62,898 bases of DNA, filler included, from Globobulimina sp. (GCA_003354225.1; 36 parts of 36 records of this genome joined end to end with filler, not necessarily neighbours in it); one strand, 5' to 3'; shown: positions 45,916 to 59,400, numbered from the whole stretch's first letter. Made by a program: numbers and translations. The notes: generated by a model not told the origin, from the sequence alone.

Positions 45916-46671
45916 ATGTATCAGTTAGAAGAAGAAAACGAATCATTATTGCAAGAACTGAATGATATTAAACGTAAACACAGGCAAAAACTTACTGTTC
46001 TCGAACACCAACTCGCTTCACATAAAGATTTAGATATTGTGAATAAGGCAAAATTAAACGATGCTGAAAATGAAATACAATGTTTAAATGCGAGATTGTC
46101 GCAAAATTATGTCAATATAAAGACTTTGAACGATGAAATTAAAGGATTAACCAAAGAAAATGAAGAATTACAAAGGAAAAGCAATGAATTGAATTTATTA
46201 TTTGACGCTAAAATGAATGAAATCGTGCAATTAGCGGAAGAATGTAATAATTTCAAGGTGTCATTGGATCGGGAAATTGAATCAAATGCTGCCGAATTAG
46301 AAACATATTCAAATGTATCATATCAAATTATAAATGAATTAAAACAAAATATTAATACGAAAACAGTCGAATATAATAAACAGAACAAAAAATATAAGAA
46401 ATTAAATGATGAGTTCAATAAATTACAGAATGAGTATGAAAATAAAATAAAACCGACGAATATCATACAAACTACGTTTTATTCACTCTTTGTTTTTATG
46501 AGAAATCAACAGGAAAAGCAACATAATAAAAATTATGAATATTTACATTATTTTAAAAATGCAGTTAAAATGTTTATTGTTGTTATGTTGGTTTATAAAT
46601 TTTTTGTTTTTCTACGAGGAAATAAGTTATTTCTTACGTATTTTGGAGGAAAGAAAACATTGAAAAATTGA
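45916..46671 (+). CDS. Coiled-coil protein with a C-terminal membrane anchor
   Basis: Long heptad region followed by a hydrophobic MFIVVMLVYKFFVFL segment. Confidence 0.6.
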   Translation: MYQLEEENESLLQELNDIKRKHRQKLTVLEHQLASHKDLDIVNKAKLNDAENEIQCLNARLSQNYVNIKTLNDEIKGLTKENEELQRKSNELNLLFDAKMNEIVQLAEECNNFKVSLDREIESNAAELETYSNVSYQIINELKQNINTKTVEYNKQNKKYKKLNDEFNKLQNEYENKIKPTNIIQTTFYSLFVFMRNQQEKQHNKNYEYLHYFKNAVKMFIVVMLVYKFFVFLRGNKLFLTYFGGKKTLKN

Positions 46672-47287
46672 AATGTAACAATCACGTTTTTGACCATTGG
46701 TATTTGACATGTAATTAATCGGTATATTGGTACATTGCTTTTATAATAAAATAAATATTGCTTTTATATGATTTATGTGACTTGGTTATGATTAGCAACG
46801 TACAAAAAGTATTGTTTACGTTTAACTGTACATGTTTTAAACATATATTTTATTTGCAATAATCATATTAAATCAACGTAACTCACTCAATGTACACGTA
46901 GCAATATACCAATTGTTAATTTCCAAAAAAGACTTTTATGCTCCGCTCATTGTTTGTTTTTTGTGTTTATTTGCTTGTTGTTTTATTAAGTACATAGTAA
47001 TTATTGTGTTTTTGTTTTTTATCTAGATCTTCAAAATCAACGCAGTGAACGATATATCCCATTGGATTGATTTGCAAACCCACATAAAGCTAAAATGTAT
47101 ACAACTTATTGTCAGTCCAATTGATTTCTTAGTGTTTTGAAGAAGAAACACTTCTTTNNNNNNNNNNNNNNNNNNNNNNNNNNNNNNNNNNNNNNNNNNN
47201 NTTAATTAATTAANNNNNNNNNNNNNNNNNNNNNNNNNNNNNNNNNNNNNNNNNNNNTAAGTAGTCTAATGCAACACTATATAAACA

Positions 47288-48690
47288 ATGAGTGTATATA
47301 TTTATTTATTTTTAATCTCAAGATGCATTCAAATAAAATCAAGTGCAAATGTATGGCATACGATATCTAATGTAAACTTACCAGCCGCGTTACATGGCCA
47401 TGCACTCGGAATCTATAACAATACATTATTCATAATAGGCGGTAGTCACTCATCAACACAGGAACCATTTTCCACAAAATTATATTACAAAACTATTTAC
47501 AACTACAATATAACAAATTACACAAATATCCTATTAAATAATAGTCCATCACCATCACCATCACCATCATATGCATGGAAATCAATTGCAAATATGGTGG
47601 ATGGTCGATATTATTTTGGTTTTAAATGTAAAGGGCAATGTTACACATTTTATAATCAATATCTATTTATAATCAACGCAGAATCAATGTTTTCTGATTA
47701 TACCGGCTATTTATTAATATATAATATGGCAACCTATCAATTTATTGATCCCATATTATTCAATAACACTTTAATTTATCTCGAAGCCGGAATATGTGCC
47801 ACCAACAACAATACGCATATATTTGCCATTGGAAGGTACGGTATATTTGCTATCTATGTGCAAGGATATTAATATAATACCACCTAAAACGTATATTTTT
47901 GTTGATTTTCCTGTCGTTTTCTGTAAAAAAAAACATGTTTTGCAATTACAATGGCGTACAATCAATGAATTCCGATGATATAACAAATAAAAAAAGTGCA
48001 TAAAACTGCATTTTTATCATCGGAATGCATTGGATATTTGCATTGATTTCCGAGCGTGTAACATGTGTCAAAATGGTCGAACTGCAATATGCTGATTTTT
48101 GTGATGCGATTTGATTTGTATATAGTAAATGTATTGGATGCCGAACAGCTCATAAAGACATTCAAATATATGAAATAGACACAAGTGGCCCATGGACCAT
48201 TGCTGGAAATATGAGTATTGGCCGATATTACAGTGGATGTACAGTGGACACACATGGATATTTGTATATATTTGGCGGATATTTAAATCATAATCGCATC
48301 AATGATACAGGCGATGTTTGTAATTACATTGAAAAATGTGACTTGTTCGAAGGCGATGAGATCATATGTTCCAATTTAACACAAACACAATTAAACATTG
48401 CAAGAGCACAACATCAAGTCATTACGAATAAGAATAATTTAATATTTATCATTGGTGGTTATAATGATCAAGCTGAGATGATCGAAATTGTGGAGATATT
48501 TCAAGATGGGCTTATTTTGAATAATGAATGGTTTACATATATTCGACGCGGAATCAATGAATTTGCCACATTTTATGATGAAACATGGGATGTTTTATAC
48601 ATTATTGGTGGTATTGATAATACTTTAAATGTATTATCAGATATCAAATATTTTCCTGTTTGCCAAGTATGTGAAAAATGTCTTACATAA
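47288..48690 (+). CDS. Secreted or membrane kelch-repeat protein, intron 47836-48125
   Basis: Repeated LFIIGG/LYIFGG/IFIIGG motifs; a 290-nt GT-AG intron joins IFAIGS to KCIG...W.IAGNM in frame. Confidence 0.8.
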
Positions 48691-49006
48691 AAGCTGTTTC
48701 CAGGTTGACATGTTTTAGTCTTCAAGTTTTCAGTGAAAATTATCTCTAACCATGACAGCCATGCAAAAATGGTGAAGAATTCTATCTATTTTCTTCTAAA
48801 CATTTTTCATATACATTGTCTCTTTATAAGTTGTATGATAATTGTTACACACCGCCCGTGACCGATAATATTCTGTCATGCTACGATACCATCAATGTAT
48901 CGATCANNNNNNNNNNNNNNNNNNNNNNNNNNNNNNNNNNNNNNNNNNNNTTAATTAATTAANNNNNNNNNNNNNNNNNNNNNNNNNNNNNNNNNNNNNN
49001 NNNNNN

Positions 49007-49161
49007 GTGGGGGTGGGGGCTTTGATTGCACGCGGAGTCCAATGCGGCTTTGGTTTTTTCCCGCAACATCCAAAGGCATGCGATAAATTGAATAAATTGA
49101 TCAAAATGATCAGTACTGACAAAGCTGACATCATAGTTGAAAATGATGTTTTTGGAATCAA
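49007..49161 (-). CDS. 5' fragment of a secreted protein entering a PT-rich region
   Basis: Signal-peptide-like MMSALSVLIILINLFNLSHA followed by KAPTP. Confidence 0.45.
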
Positions 49162-49185
49162 CCACTTAACAATTCAATCTTCAAC

Positions 49186-50655
49186 TTGGGTGACATGGAT
49201 GCTCTCTCAGCATCCTCTGTTGTACGTGGGATCACATCATGTTCGAAACAAAACATTTTGTCATGCTTATCATCAATGACACAATCAGATTTACAAAATA
49301 TTTTACTTATTTTCCTGCAGAATGATAAACATCCTTTTATGAAAGAGGTCGTATGCTCTCAGTGGAACTCTCAGTGGAATGATGTGCATTATCCAAAAGT
49401 TAAATATTCATTATCTCCATCATTTGTTATCCATACAATCGCTTACTTATCAAAACAAGCAAAAAGAGATTGAATGTGTAGCCAAAATTAAAGACTTTTT
49501 CATCAATAAAAATCCTGCTACAATTTCATCAACAAACAATGAAACAAACTGTAGCTTAATTAAAATGATGCCGTCATCAATTGCCGCACATATGATATCA
49601 TTTTGTAATATGAAGGACAGATTGAGATATTCTTTAATCTGTAAATCGTTTTATAAATATTGTCAGATACCAATGGCCAGACAACATTTGATCATCGACC
49701 ATGCCTTTGTTAAAGGTTTATATTACGGAACATTGGATTATACAAAATATACACATATCAAATCATTAGATGTCAATTATGCATTTTCCGATTCTCCAGT
49801 TTCAACCAATAAGTATGTAGGTTTTCAGAGTACTTATTATGAAAAAATCGCAGAAATATTACTTAAATCACCGGAATTACATACTATTAATTACCGATTA
49901 ACATATAAAAGATTTAAATATAATTTAGAAGAGAATGGCGTTGGGGATTCTATGACTGGGCAAGTTGGGCATTTATTTACTTGGTTGGACGAAATTGTTA
50001 CATGTTGTAGCAAAGCTCGCGGTTTGTTTTGGCGGTTTCTTAGTGAGCCTGATGAGAACCACTGGGATGATGTTAATCTGTTTAAAAATGTTACAAAATT
50101 GATCTATACGCCGTCTCAGCCGTATTTTGCACACCATTGGGGATGGCAGCGTGAATGGAGGGAGCGCCCGCGTTTATTTTATGCTTTTTTCCCGCGGTTA
50201 CAATCCTTAGTTATGCCCAGAACAAAATTATATAAATCAGGCGGTCGGTGGCAAACTATAAACGATTATGGCGATAAGGATTTAGAGTGGTTTATGTTTA
50301 AACAGCCGTATTATTATGATACATTACAACATTTGGATGTGAATATGATGCCGCAATATACAACAACTCAGAGCAGAAACGAGCCTCTTTTTCATGTAAA
50401 TCTGTCAAACCATCCGCTTTTTCATTTTTATCAATTTGAAAATCTGAAATCATTGCAATTGAAATTACCAATTTTTGAAGAATGCTGCACTTATTATGGC
50501 CTGTTATTGATTGATGCGTTGGTTGAAGTGTATGGCAGTTTGTATTGTTTACAAATGCAGAAATTAGAAATTGAATTTGAAATGACAGCAATCAATGATT
50601 TTTTAGGGAAGAGAAATAATTTGGATGTGAATGTTGCTACAGATTATAAAGTTGT
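49186..50655 (+). CDS. F-box-like protein, partial; two overlapping frames imply a frameshift near 49360-49470
   Basis: SLIKMMPSSIAAHMISFCNMKDRLRYSLICKSFY followed by LRR-like LQSL, LQHLDV and LKSLQL. Confidence 0.55.
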
Positions 50656-51452
50656 NNNNNNNNNNNNNNNNNNNNNNNNNNNNNNNNNNNNNNNNNNNNT
50701 TAATTAATTAANNNNNNNNNNNNNNNNNNNNNNNNNNNNNNNNNNNNNNNNNNNNATGAGTGGTTACAGTTTCTTCGGATAGTTTAACTATATTTTCATT
50801 TGTGTGTCGTTTATAGCAATTCCCCATCGCGAATTAATTCGTGGTCGAACGAAAGCAGTTCACAAACGAATGAGTGCGTTCTGGGAACTAAATATAATAT
50901 AAGCGATTATTTTTTGCATTTTTATAGTTTATACCTAAAACCGTTTGGATCCACAAAAAAAATGGTATGTGTTTGTCGGGTAATTCTTTCACCTTTGTTT
51001 TGTTGCATATTTGTTGTTTGTGGCAAATATTGCAAATATTTAGATGAGATTTAAAATGATTACTATTTAATTGGGTTGCTCCAGTTATTGAGGCACGACG
51101 TAATTATAATGATCGAAGTTATTGAGGCCGTTCAAGCATCTCAAAAGAACCCTCATGTGAGTTACCCATAAATTGCGGTAATCGATTTTAAGTGATACGT
51201 ATTTTGATTTGCTTTTTGTTTTTGTAGTTTCTACTGTGATACGATGTGATGATACTGTACTAAGTGTGCTTCGTGTATGCAACAAACAAATGTGAAGGAA
51301 TTATCCACGACGTCTGCTTTTGTCTTTGTCTTCGGTTTTAGGTATGACTAATTAATGAAGGATGGAGTCGACATACTAATGATTTTCAAAATACTTTAAA
51401 AAGTTCAGTCACTTTAGTGAGTAATGTCACCCTCAGTATTCTAACAGACGCC

Positions 51453-52404
51453 ATGGGAGTGTGTTGTTCATTTAGTAAGAATGATAATTCTTTGCAAGAT
51501 GGATTGAATGAGAATATAAATAATAATGATGAAGCACTAAACGAGTCCAGTTTAAATACAATGAGTGTGACAACCTCAACGATTGCAGATCATCCCATCC
51601 CTGTTGATGACGACGACAATGAATACGGCCACGGTTCGCCAAATAGAATGCATAAACGCAAGAATTTAAAATCGTATTTAACCCAAGTCAAAAAATCCAA
51701 AAAACAATGCATTACAAAAGAAAAGAAATTAAAAGAATTACTATTGGACAAATCAAATGAATTGGAATATAGCACAGCATTTGGCCGTCGATTTGAAGGC
51801 TTATCGTCACGCACAGTGTTACCACGGATATCGTTCAGAGAATGGATTATGAACGAAAGTGTTTGCTTAAATAACATCATCAATGAATTGTACATTTTGC
51901 CTTTGGAGCTAGCCACGATAATTTTTGGTTATACCTTGGATTTATTGCCAGGCATTTATGAGTTTGTCGGTGCAATGGATTATAATGGGACGGCAGCTGA
52001 CGATGAGGACTCTAATCTCCATTGCAATGATGGTGCGTTTATAGGTAATGGACACAATGAGTGCCGCTGTCAAATTGTTTTGAGTTCGCGCAGTGAGATT
52101 ATTGGTGGGTATTTTGGCGAAAATTCAATGAAATATCATATAACATTTGGGAGCTACAGCTATGAACATCCACTGTACATAGAATTCACCAAAGAATATT
52201 TCAATTTGAACAATAATTATAAATATAAAGTGTATGGTGAGATCTCCAGAGATCATAAAGAAAATTTGCAGTTTAATGGGTATTGGAAGTTATTGAATGG
52301 ATTAAGAGGCGGAAATATTAAAATGAAGTATGTGCGGAAAGCAGTGGAAAATAATAAGTTAAATGCAGGGAAATATGAATTTTATGGGCATTTTAATTGT
52401 TTAC
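51453..52404 (+). CDS. Hypothetical protein with an N-terminal acylation signal, 3'-truncated
   Basis: MGVCCS start; LP.EL..IIFGY motif; repeated G.YEF.G. Confidence 0.55.
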
Positions 52405-52504
52405 NNNNNNNNNNNNNNNNNNNNNNNNNNNNNNNNNNNNNNNNNNNNTTAATTAATTAANNNNNNNNNNNNNNNNNNNNNNNNNNNNNNNNNNNNNNNN
52501 NNNN

Positions 52505-53035
52505 TTTCCAACAGTCGACGAGAAAACATCGCCTAGGAAATGAATAATGAAGATATCGAGATCGCAGCCAATGATTCACATTCCTGATATTTAATATAAA
52601 TGTCGAGTTCAAATATTGTGTCGATAATATTTCATACAAAAACGTATTGTTTCCGAATGCAATCCACGGTGTAAAATCTGCATAAAACCTATAACGATGA
52701 CTGAAATCAATTAACACTGATTCGTGTCGTAAGTATCTTTGTTGCATGGATTGTCTGATTTCTTTATGCCTATAAATATGATGAATGGATGAAATATTGT
52801 TTCGCGCAAAAAAACTTGTTAATGTTGTTGTGCCGCATTTGTTAAAACCAATTTGAAATATATACATATCCAATGATTCTTTCTTTGTCATATTCTGCAT
52901 CGGTGTGGCAAGAGTATTATTGGTCTGCTTTGAAATGGAAACAAAACCCAATATCACATAACATATGGTAGCTGCACACACGACTGCCAGTATACAAATG
53001 CCCTTTAAACGTTTGTGACTGCATTTGAGTGCCAT
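52505..53035 (-). CDS. Type II membrane sulfotransferase-family protein, 3'-truncated
   Basis: N-terminal transmembrane helix; 5'-PAPS loop IFQIGFNKCGTTTL; FILNIR....WLRSR. Confidence 0.75.
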
Positions 53036-53682
53036 AGTAAACTGAAGCAATCAGAACTTCTGTAATCTGTTATTTGTAGTATTTCTCCAAGACAGTGTCA
53101 AATGCCTTGCTAATAGTCAGCCATGGACCAATTTACTTTGGATTAAAACCAGCTTAAATAAATCTTACTGTTGGCCAGAAATGCACATTCTCCGAACACA
53201 AAAACATGTACAACGTTGCTTGTCTCTGAACGAGTAAACAAAGAATACACGTGAAAGAATACAAAAAAATGAATAAGCAAGACATACAATTAAGGCGTAC
53301 AATCAATGTGTATTGTTATTGTCATTATGTTTGTATTGTGATTATTGTTGATATTGTATGGCACATCGTGGTCATACAAAATGGATTTGGATGCACGACA
53401 CACTTAAAAAATATGCTGTATTTCGATACTTATGTTTATTCAGTTGGTTTGACTGCTAATTTTTAACCAATTTCAACCCTGTAAACATTGCTCACATCAG
53501 ACAATTCTAGCTTTACTTCATCGTTATGGAAATTTGAATATGGAAATTTGAATTGGAGGATGGATGACATGATGAGAGAGAACAACTCATTCAATCAAAT
53601 TCTTTACCAATACAAACCCGTTCAGAGACAAACAACGTTGCTGTACTTATTTTTTTGTGTTCGTAGAATGTATTATATTAAA

Positions 53683-54059
53683 ATGCGGTCGTACTTTGTC
53701 GTCTTATTAGCGGCATTTGGGTGCTTACTATTGCGGCATTCATATGTGCAGTCAAAGCCATTCGTTATGGAGCCAGTCACATTTTGTTTAGAAGGCTTTC
53801 TATGTGCAATTTCCAGGCAATGCATCAATACCGATATGATTTGTGATGGCAAACAAGACTGTCCAGACAATGAAGATGAGAGTGAATGTAGTATATGTTT
53901 CAGTGATTTATTTGAAATATTTGGAGGTCCGTTTGAGTATTTTGCGTACAACATCCAGACTCAATCATTTGTTTATCAAAATTCAATCAATAATTATTAT
54001 CTGTATCATGCAAATACATCTGAGTGGGGTTATATTGTCAGTATGGATTATATGCCATC
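53683..54059 (+). CDS. Secreted LDL-receptor class A domain protein, interrupted by a fold-back duplication
   Basis: Signal peptide then C.EGFLC....QCI....CDGKQDCPDNEDESEC. Confidence 0.7.
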
Positions 54060-54153
54060 ATACTACATTCACTCTCATCTTCATTGTCTGGACAGTCTTG
54101 TTTGCCATCACAAATCATATCGGTATTGATGCATTGCCTGGAAATTGCACATA
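53801..54153. repeat. Perfect 94-bp inverted duplication (53801-53894 / 54060-54153) running to the contig end
   Basis: Exact reverse complement of the LDLa-coding segment. Confidence 0.93.
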
Positions 54154-54253
54154 NNNNNNNNNNNNNNNNNNNNNNNNNNNNNNNNNNNNNNNNNNNNTTA
54201 ATTAATTAANNNNNNNNNNNNNNNNNNNNNNNNNNNNNNNNNNNNNNNNNNNN

Positions 54254-55902
54254 CACTTTCAGCCATTGCAACAGCAACATCATTACTGTTATCATTGTTG
54301 TTGTTATCATTGCTGTTATCACCCTGATGAATTGCATCGATATCATCATTTTTAGCACTCTCATCAACTTTCATTCTATTTGAATTAAATTGCTGTAACC
54401 TCGGTATCCTCGAACAACATAAATCAAATAATATATCCGTTAGCAATATAATAAAATGTAACACCAATCCAGCAATAATGCCATAAGCAATGGAATATGT
54501 AAATGGCATAATAATAATAGTAAGAAATGCTGGTACTGATTGTCTATAATTTTTCCAATTAACAACCACAATGTCATCCATCATGAGTGCCCCCACCAAC
54601 ACCAGAGCAGGACCCGTGGCCCACGGAGGGATGGACGCAAACACCGGACTGAAAAATAACGAGAAGAAAAACCATAAACCAACAATCAGTGCAGTTATTC
54701 CTGTCTTACCCCCTTCATTTATACCCGCCGCAGACTCAATATACGCGGTAATATCTGTTGTACCAATGGTGGCACCCACCACCGTCCCAATCGCATCCGA
54801 ACAGAATGCTTGCTTCGAACGTGGAAAATTGTCATTTTTAACTTGTCCTGCAAACGTAGCCATGCTGTATAACGTTCCCGTTGTGTCCAATATGTCCACA
54901 TAAAGCATAGTCAACAGAGCTACCACTAATTCCCAGTTAAACTCAGACCAGTTCTCAGTATCAAATAGCACACCGCCAGTTTTCTCAATCGAGTGCCAAT
55001 GCACTCCTTTTTTAAAATAATCAAAGCGAATATTCCCAGCAGTTGTATCTGGGAAATAGGTTACTTTCGTGTCACGAAACCATGACACAAAGGACACAAA
55101 TAAAATGCCAATAATGATGCCGCCTTTTACTTTATTAATGTAACATATGACCATAAGCAAAAAGCCAACAATACCAAGCCAAGTGGTGGCGCCTTCCAAC
55201 ACTGAGCAGGGAGGACAGCCACATTCTAAACCAAACTCATTACACTGCAAATCTGCAACTTTGTCATGGCCACAGCCACCTAATGTTACATTGGTCGCTG
55301 CGTCGGATACTACCAAACCAATACCTTCGTCTACCTGCAATCCAATTAATGCCAAAAACAAACCAATGCCTGTTTATATTTGCATATTACAATGACATAT
55401 TCAAATCATATTCAAATCATATTCAAATCATTGGCATATTCAAATCATATTACAATGACATATTCAAATCATATTCAAATCATTTGCATATTACAATGAC
55501 ATATTCAAATTGTTGGCATATTCAAATGCATATTGTATACAGTACCTGTGGTGATGGCGGATTTAAGATAAGTTGGAATTAGTTTGGCGATGTAGCGTCT
55601 GCCGCCAGTCAGTGCTAAAAGAAGGAAAATCCAGCCCTCAATAAACACTGCGAAGAGTCCCATTTCATAACTTACTTTTCCAGGTTCGAACCATGGGCCA
55701 ACTACACTGTATGTAAAATATGCATTGATCCCCATTCCCGGTGCCAGCGCTATGGGCATATTGGCAGCTAATCCCATTACAAAACATGCGATGAAGGCAC
55801 CAACTGCGGTGGCTGTAATTAGGTCTAAACGGACTATTTCTTTACATTCCATAAAGTCTGCCAAGTCTGCGCCTTCTGATGGTAATTGACATGGTCCTCC
55901 AG
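54254..55902 (-). CDS. AzgA-type NCS2 purine permease, partial, intron 55370-55545
   Basis: ANMPIALAPGMGINAYF, AITTG|IGLFLALIGL, DILDTTGTL, AYIESAAGI.EGGKTG and MPFTYSIAYG. Confidence 0.92.
55382..55534. repeat. Intronic minisatellite built from CATATTCAAAT and CATATTACAATGA units
   Basis: Directly visible interleaved 11-13 nt units. Confidence 0.9.
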
Positions 55903-56376
55903 NNNNNNNNNNNNNNNNNNNNNNNNNNNNNNNNNNNNNNNNNNNNTTAATTAATTAANNNNNNNNNNNNNNNNNNNNNNNNNNNNNNNNNNNNNNNNNN
56001 NNTTTCAAACTAACTATGTACACTTTTTTTAATTTTGGGTAACCCGACGACGACGACGATTCATTTTTTTTTTGAAACTAACTATAAACGGAGTCCTCCG
56101 CAAGCTCCGGCCACCGAATAAATACAACCAATGGGCTCCACCATAATTATTGTTCACTTTTCCATCAAAAAAAGTAACGACTACTGCCGCAACACTTGAA
56201 TTCCATACCAAATAGATACAATAATAAAAATCCGTACAAATATTATTCCATAACTTGTATTTATATTTTCTGTAAACTGAGTCGTCGTCATGGGTTTAAG
56301 AATAAGTAATGTATCCCGTTCCTGACTATCTAATGCAATTTTAGCGACATTAATGGAACTTGACTGCAAAAAAAAC

Positions 56377-57092
56377 TTATTTAAAATTATGTTACACGTT
56401 ATTTTTATGTTGAAGAGCATATCCCATACAAGCCTTTGCAGAATCTGGTTGGCGATGTGTTACCCACATTTTACGATCTAGAATTGGTAATCGATATTGT
56501 ATTGGTAACCCATAAGATGTCTCGATATGTATTTTAGATGTACCGATATGTATTTTATATATATAAATCTATATTTTAAAAAAAAAATCAACCAACACAA
56601 AATCTATTTTTTTTGTACATTTTTAAAAAGAAAATCCACTGTTTTTAAAAAATCACCAAATACAAAATGTATATTGTTTTTTACATTTAATGAAACAAAG
56701 ATCACAAAATTCATAGATTTCTTAGCGGTATGCATTTGTTATTTTATTTCTTGTTTCTATTATATAAATGTACTGCATTTTAAGGATATGTTTTTAACCA
56801 CACTTTTACTTATGGTTTCAGAAAGCGTTTTTAAGTTTGCTTAGTGAAGCACTTCAAAAACATTAGTAAGGACAGTTTATGGATGGGGATTTATATACAT
56901 ATATATCCGCGAGATTTATATATATAAAATACATATTGATACATCTGTTCATTTAAAATACATATGGTATCGAGACATCAATAATATTCACTACATAAAA
57001 TGTGGGTAACACATCGCCAACCAGATTCGGCAAAGGCTTGTATGGGATATGCTCTTCAACATAAAAATAACGTGTAACATAATTTTAAATAA
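56377..57092. repeat. Fold-back structure with 97-bp inverted arms (56377-56473 / 56996-57092, 1 mismatch) plus degenerate inner arms
   Basis: Arms aligned by eye; a second imperfect pair lies at about 56516-56570 / 56912-56978. Confidence 0.88.
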
Positions 57093-57651
57093 CGTGTAAA
57101 TAGTCTTTTTTGTTTATAGTTTTTAGTTGGAATTCTCTTGTAGATGAACAAATATATGATTCCTGGATCTGCGAATGTAAATTGGGATCATAATAATCCA
57201 CAAAACTATAGGTTGCAAAAAACTTTGCCCAACCTCCTTGTTGCATAGCAGACCGTAACTCTTGCCCTCTTTTATAAAACCAACTGGCAGAACCACGAAG
57301 TCGTCGACAGACACGATACATAAATCTAATTACGCCTTTGTCTTTTTTGTTTAATAATTCTGCAACTTCACCAACTGTTAAATTTTGATACTCTTCTTGT
57401 TTTTCAAGGTAATGATTGGTGTTGCGTAATATATCCTTTCTTCTCACTAAATTAAATGCCCAAAATGCCCAATATTTATGTTTTTGGAACGGCCAAATAA
57501 ATTTTTTAGGATTATTTGGATCTTTGTGGGCCAAACCAAGTAAATGACGTATGGCTTCTTTATTTGTAACGTCTATTTTTCGATTACTTTTGTTTGTCGG
57601 ATCTGCTTTACCGTTCCAAAATACTTCTGGATGTGTCAATGTATAAATGCA
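57085..57651 (-). mobile_element. Helitron-like Rep/helicase N-terminal region (Helitron_like_N), fragment
   Basis: P..F..GK.D, HLL, F..H....F.A.N...R, LRGS...F....EL.....Q.G....F.T.S..D..DP.LH. Confidence 0.72.
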
Positions 57652-57811
57652 NNNNNNNNNNNNNNNNNNNNNNNNNNNNNNNNNNNNNNNNNNNNTTAAT
57701 TAATTAANNNNNNNNNNNNNNNNNNNNNNNNNNNNNNNNNNNNNNNNNNNNGAGTACGTTGATCAAAATGGTGTTTTTAGTAAAAAACTCAGGAGTTTCT
57801 AATGGAGCAAT

Positions 57812-58999
57812 TTACTGTATACAAAAACCCAAATCCTGACAGTAATCAATCCGTACCATATTTACTAAATGTTCAAAACGAATGGATAATGTCTGTGCAA
57901 TGATACCGCCCAAAATACCATTCCCTAATATGAACAGTTTCTTTTTTGGATATAATTTTTCAATTAAACCAGCAATATCTGAGGATAATAAATCAATGGA
58001 ATAACTATTTTGTAGCGAGGCAGAAACGGATATTCCAGTTTGACCAATTCCGCGCATATCGAATGTTATAACCATTCTATTGGAACTTAATAATTTTGGC
58101 AATAATAGCCAGTCTTCTTTACATTGCCCATACTCCGATATTAATATTAATGGAGTTCGTTGAGAATATAAATGCTTGCAATTGTTTGTTGGATGATATA
58201 TTTTATAATATAATTTTATACCATTTATTTGCACAAAATCTACATTTTTTAATAAGTTTTGATTGATGCAAATAATATCTTTTATTTTTTTTATATAATA
58301 TCTGTCTCTTTCATCCAATTGCAAGCCATGGCCACTTTTATTAAGCTGTAAGTCATGCGTTTTAAGATAATATTCATTCAAATATTTAACAATTTCTGTT
58401 GGCAAATTGAACATATTATTATCAATTGAAAACTGCTCAATTCTTTTTAATTTTTCTTGTTGACCGCCTTTTTTATTCTCTTTTTCAAACCAATTATACA
58501 GTGATAAAAATGATGTATAATTATTTTTACTCTCAGTGGCAATCATATTTCTTTCTTTATAATATTGATTATAAAAATCTAACAACGACAATAATTCTTT
58601 ATTACTAAAATTATTCGGTGATTTTAATTCGATTTTATACGTTTTTATCACAGACGGTTTCCAATCCTTTATTTCTTGATATATATAATTATAATCAACC
58701 GTATCATTGCTTGGTGTCGGTAAAGATGATGTAAATGAAGATGAAGCATTTTGTGATACGCCCGATGTGTGTCGTGATCGCGTTTGTACATTTTTTTCAA
58801 AATTATCAAGTGTTGTTAAATTGGGATCATCATTATTATCATCGTTCACATACTGGATGGTCTTGTTTGTTCCTTTTGTTTTATCATTTTTATCCATTAC
58901 TTTCCATGAAATATTTGTAGTTACGGCATCATAATCAATCGATCCCTTTTTCCTTAATAATGGCTCACCGTTATTTTTCTTTGAACAACAACAACCCAT
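57812..58999 (-). CDS. Acylated protein with a C-terminal alpha/beta-hydrolase fold (probably continues in further exons)
   Basis: MGCCCS start; PLILI, VITFDMRGIGQT, YSID.L..D...L; nucleophile elbow reads LGNGILGG. Confidence 0.75.
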   Translation of the reverse strand: MGCCCSKKNNGEPLLRKKGSIDYDAVTTNISWKVMDKNDKTKGTNKTIQYVNDDNNDDPNLTTLDNFEKNVQTRSRHTSGVSQNASSSFTSSLPTPSNDTVDYNYIYQEIKDWKPSVIKTYKIELKSPNNFSNKELLSLLDFYNQYYKERNMIATESKNNYTSFLSLYNWFEKENKKGGQQEKLKRIEQFSIDNNMFNLPTEIVKYLNEYYLKTHDLQLNKSGHGLQLDERDRYYIKKIKDIICINQNLLKNVDFVQINGIKLYYKIYHPTNNCKHLYSQRTPLILISEYGQCKEDWLLLPKLLSSNRMVITFDMRGIGQTGISVSASLQNSYSIDLLSSDIAGLIEKLYPKKKLFILGNGILGGIIAQTLSIRFEHLVNMVRIDYCQDLGFCIQ

Positions 59000-59082
59000 G
59001 TTTTTATTTTAAAGTAAGGTTTTCCAAAAGTTTGCCTGTGTGCATGTGTTCGAGCTGAAGCCTGATCGAAGTGGAAGAGATC

Positions 59083-59400
59083 TGATGAAGACCCTGTTGA
59101 ACAGCAGCAAGAGGAGCATTAAGCAGCCTCATTGCCGACTATTTAGTACAGCCTTTGATCCATGGCACTATTTGCATTCAGATACAGTAAAAAAAGAGCA
59201 AGCAGAGTCATTTCGTAAAGTGTGGAATTCAAATATTGGTAATTTTAAAGAACTATTAACTTCGTCAGAAATAGAATTGTTTGAATCGCGTGTATCAAAA
59301 AGTGCGTGTTTTGATGAATTTTATAATAAAATGAAAGAATTATTTTCGCCGCGTCGACATGATGCCATTCGAAATACGCGTACATGGCAATTGACGCATG
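59083..59400 (+). CDS. 5' fragment of a possibly mitochondrion-targeted protein
   Basis: Basic, Ser-rich N-terminus ending RLFST; divergent from 58999 with an 83-nt gap. Confidence 0.4.

Noticed and set aside
47969-48026. Hairpin inside the kelch-gene intron as an ncRNA
   Set aside because: A 12-bp stem in AT-rich sequence with no snoRNA boxes or other support.
53801-54153. 94-bp perfect inverted duplication of the LDLa exon as a regulatory hairpin
   Set aside because: It is mismatch-free, runs to the contig end and destroys the ORF, which is the typical form of an amplification fold-back chimera.
55382-55534. Repeat array resembling a mini-CRISPR
   Set aside because: The units are 11-13 nt with no unique spacers and lie within a spliceosomal intron.
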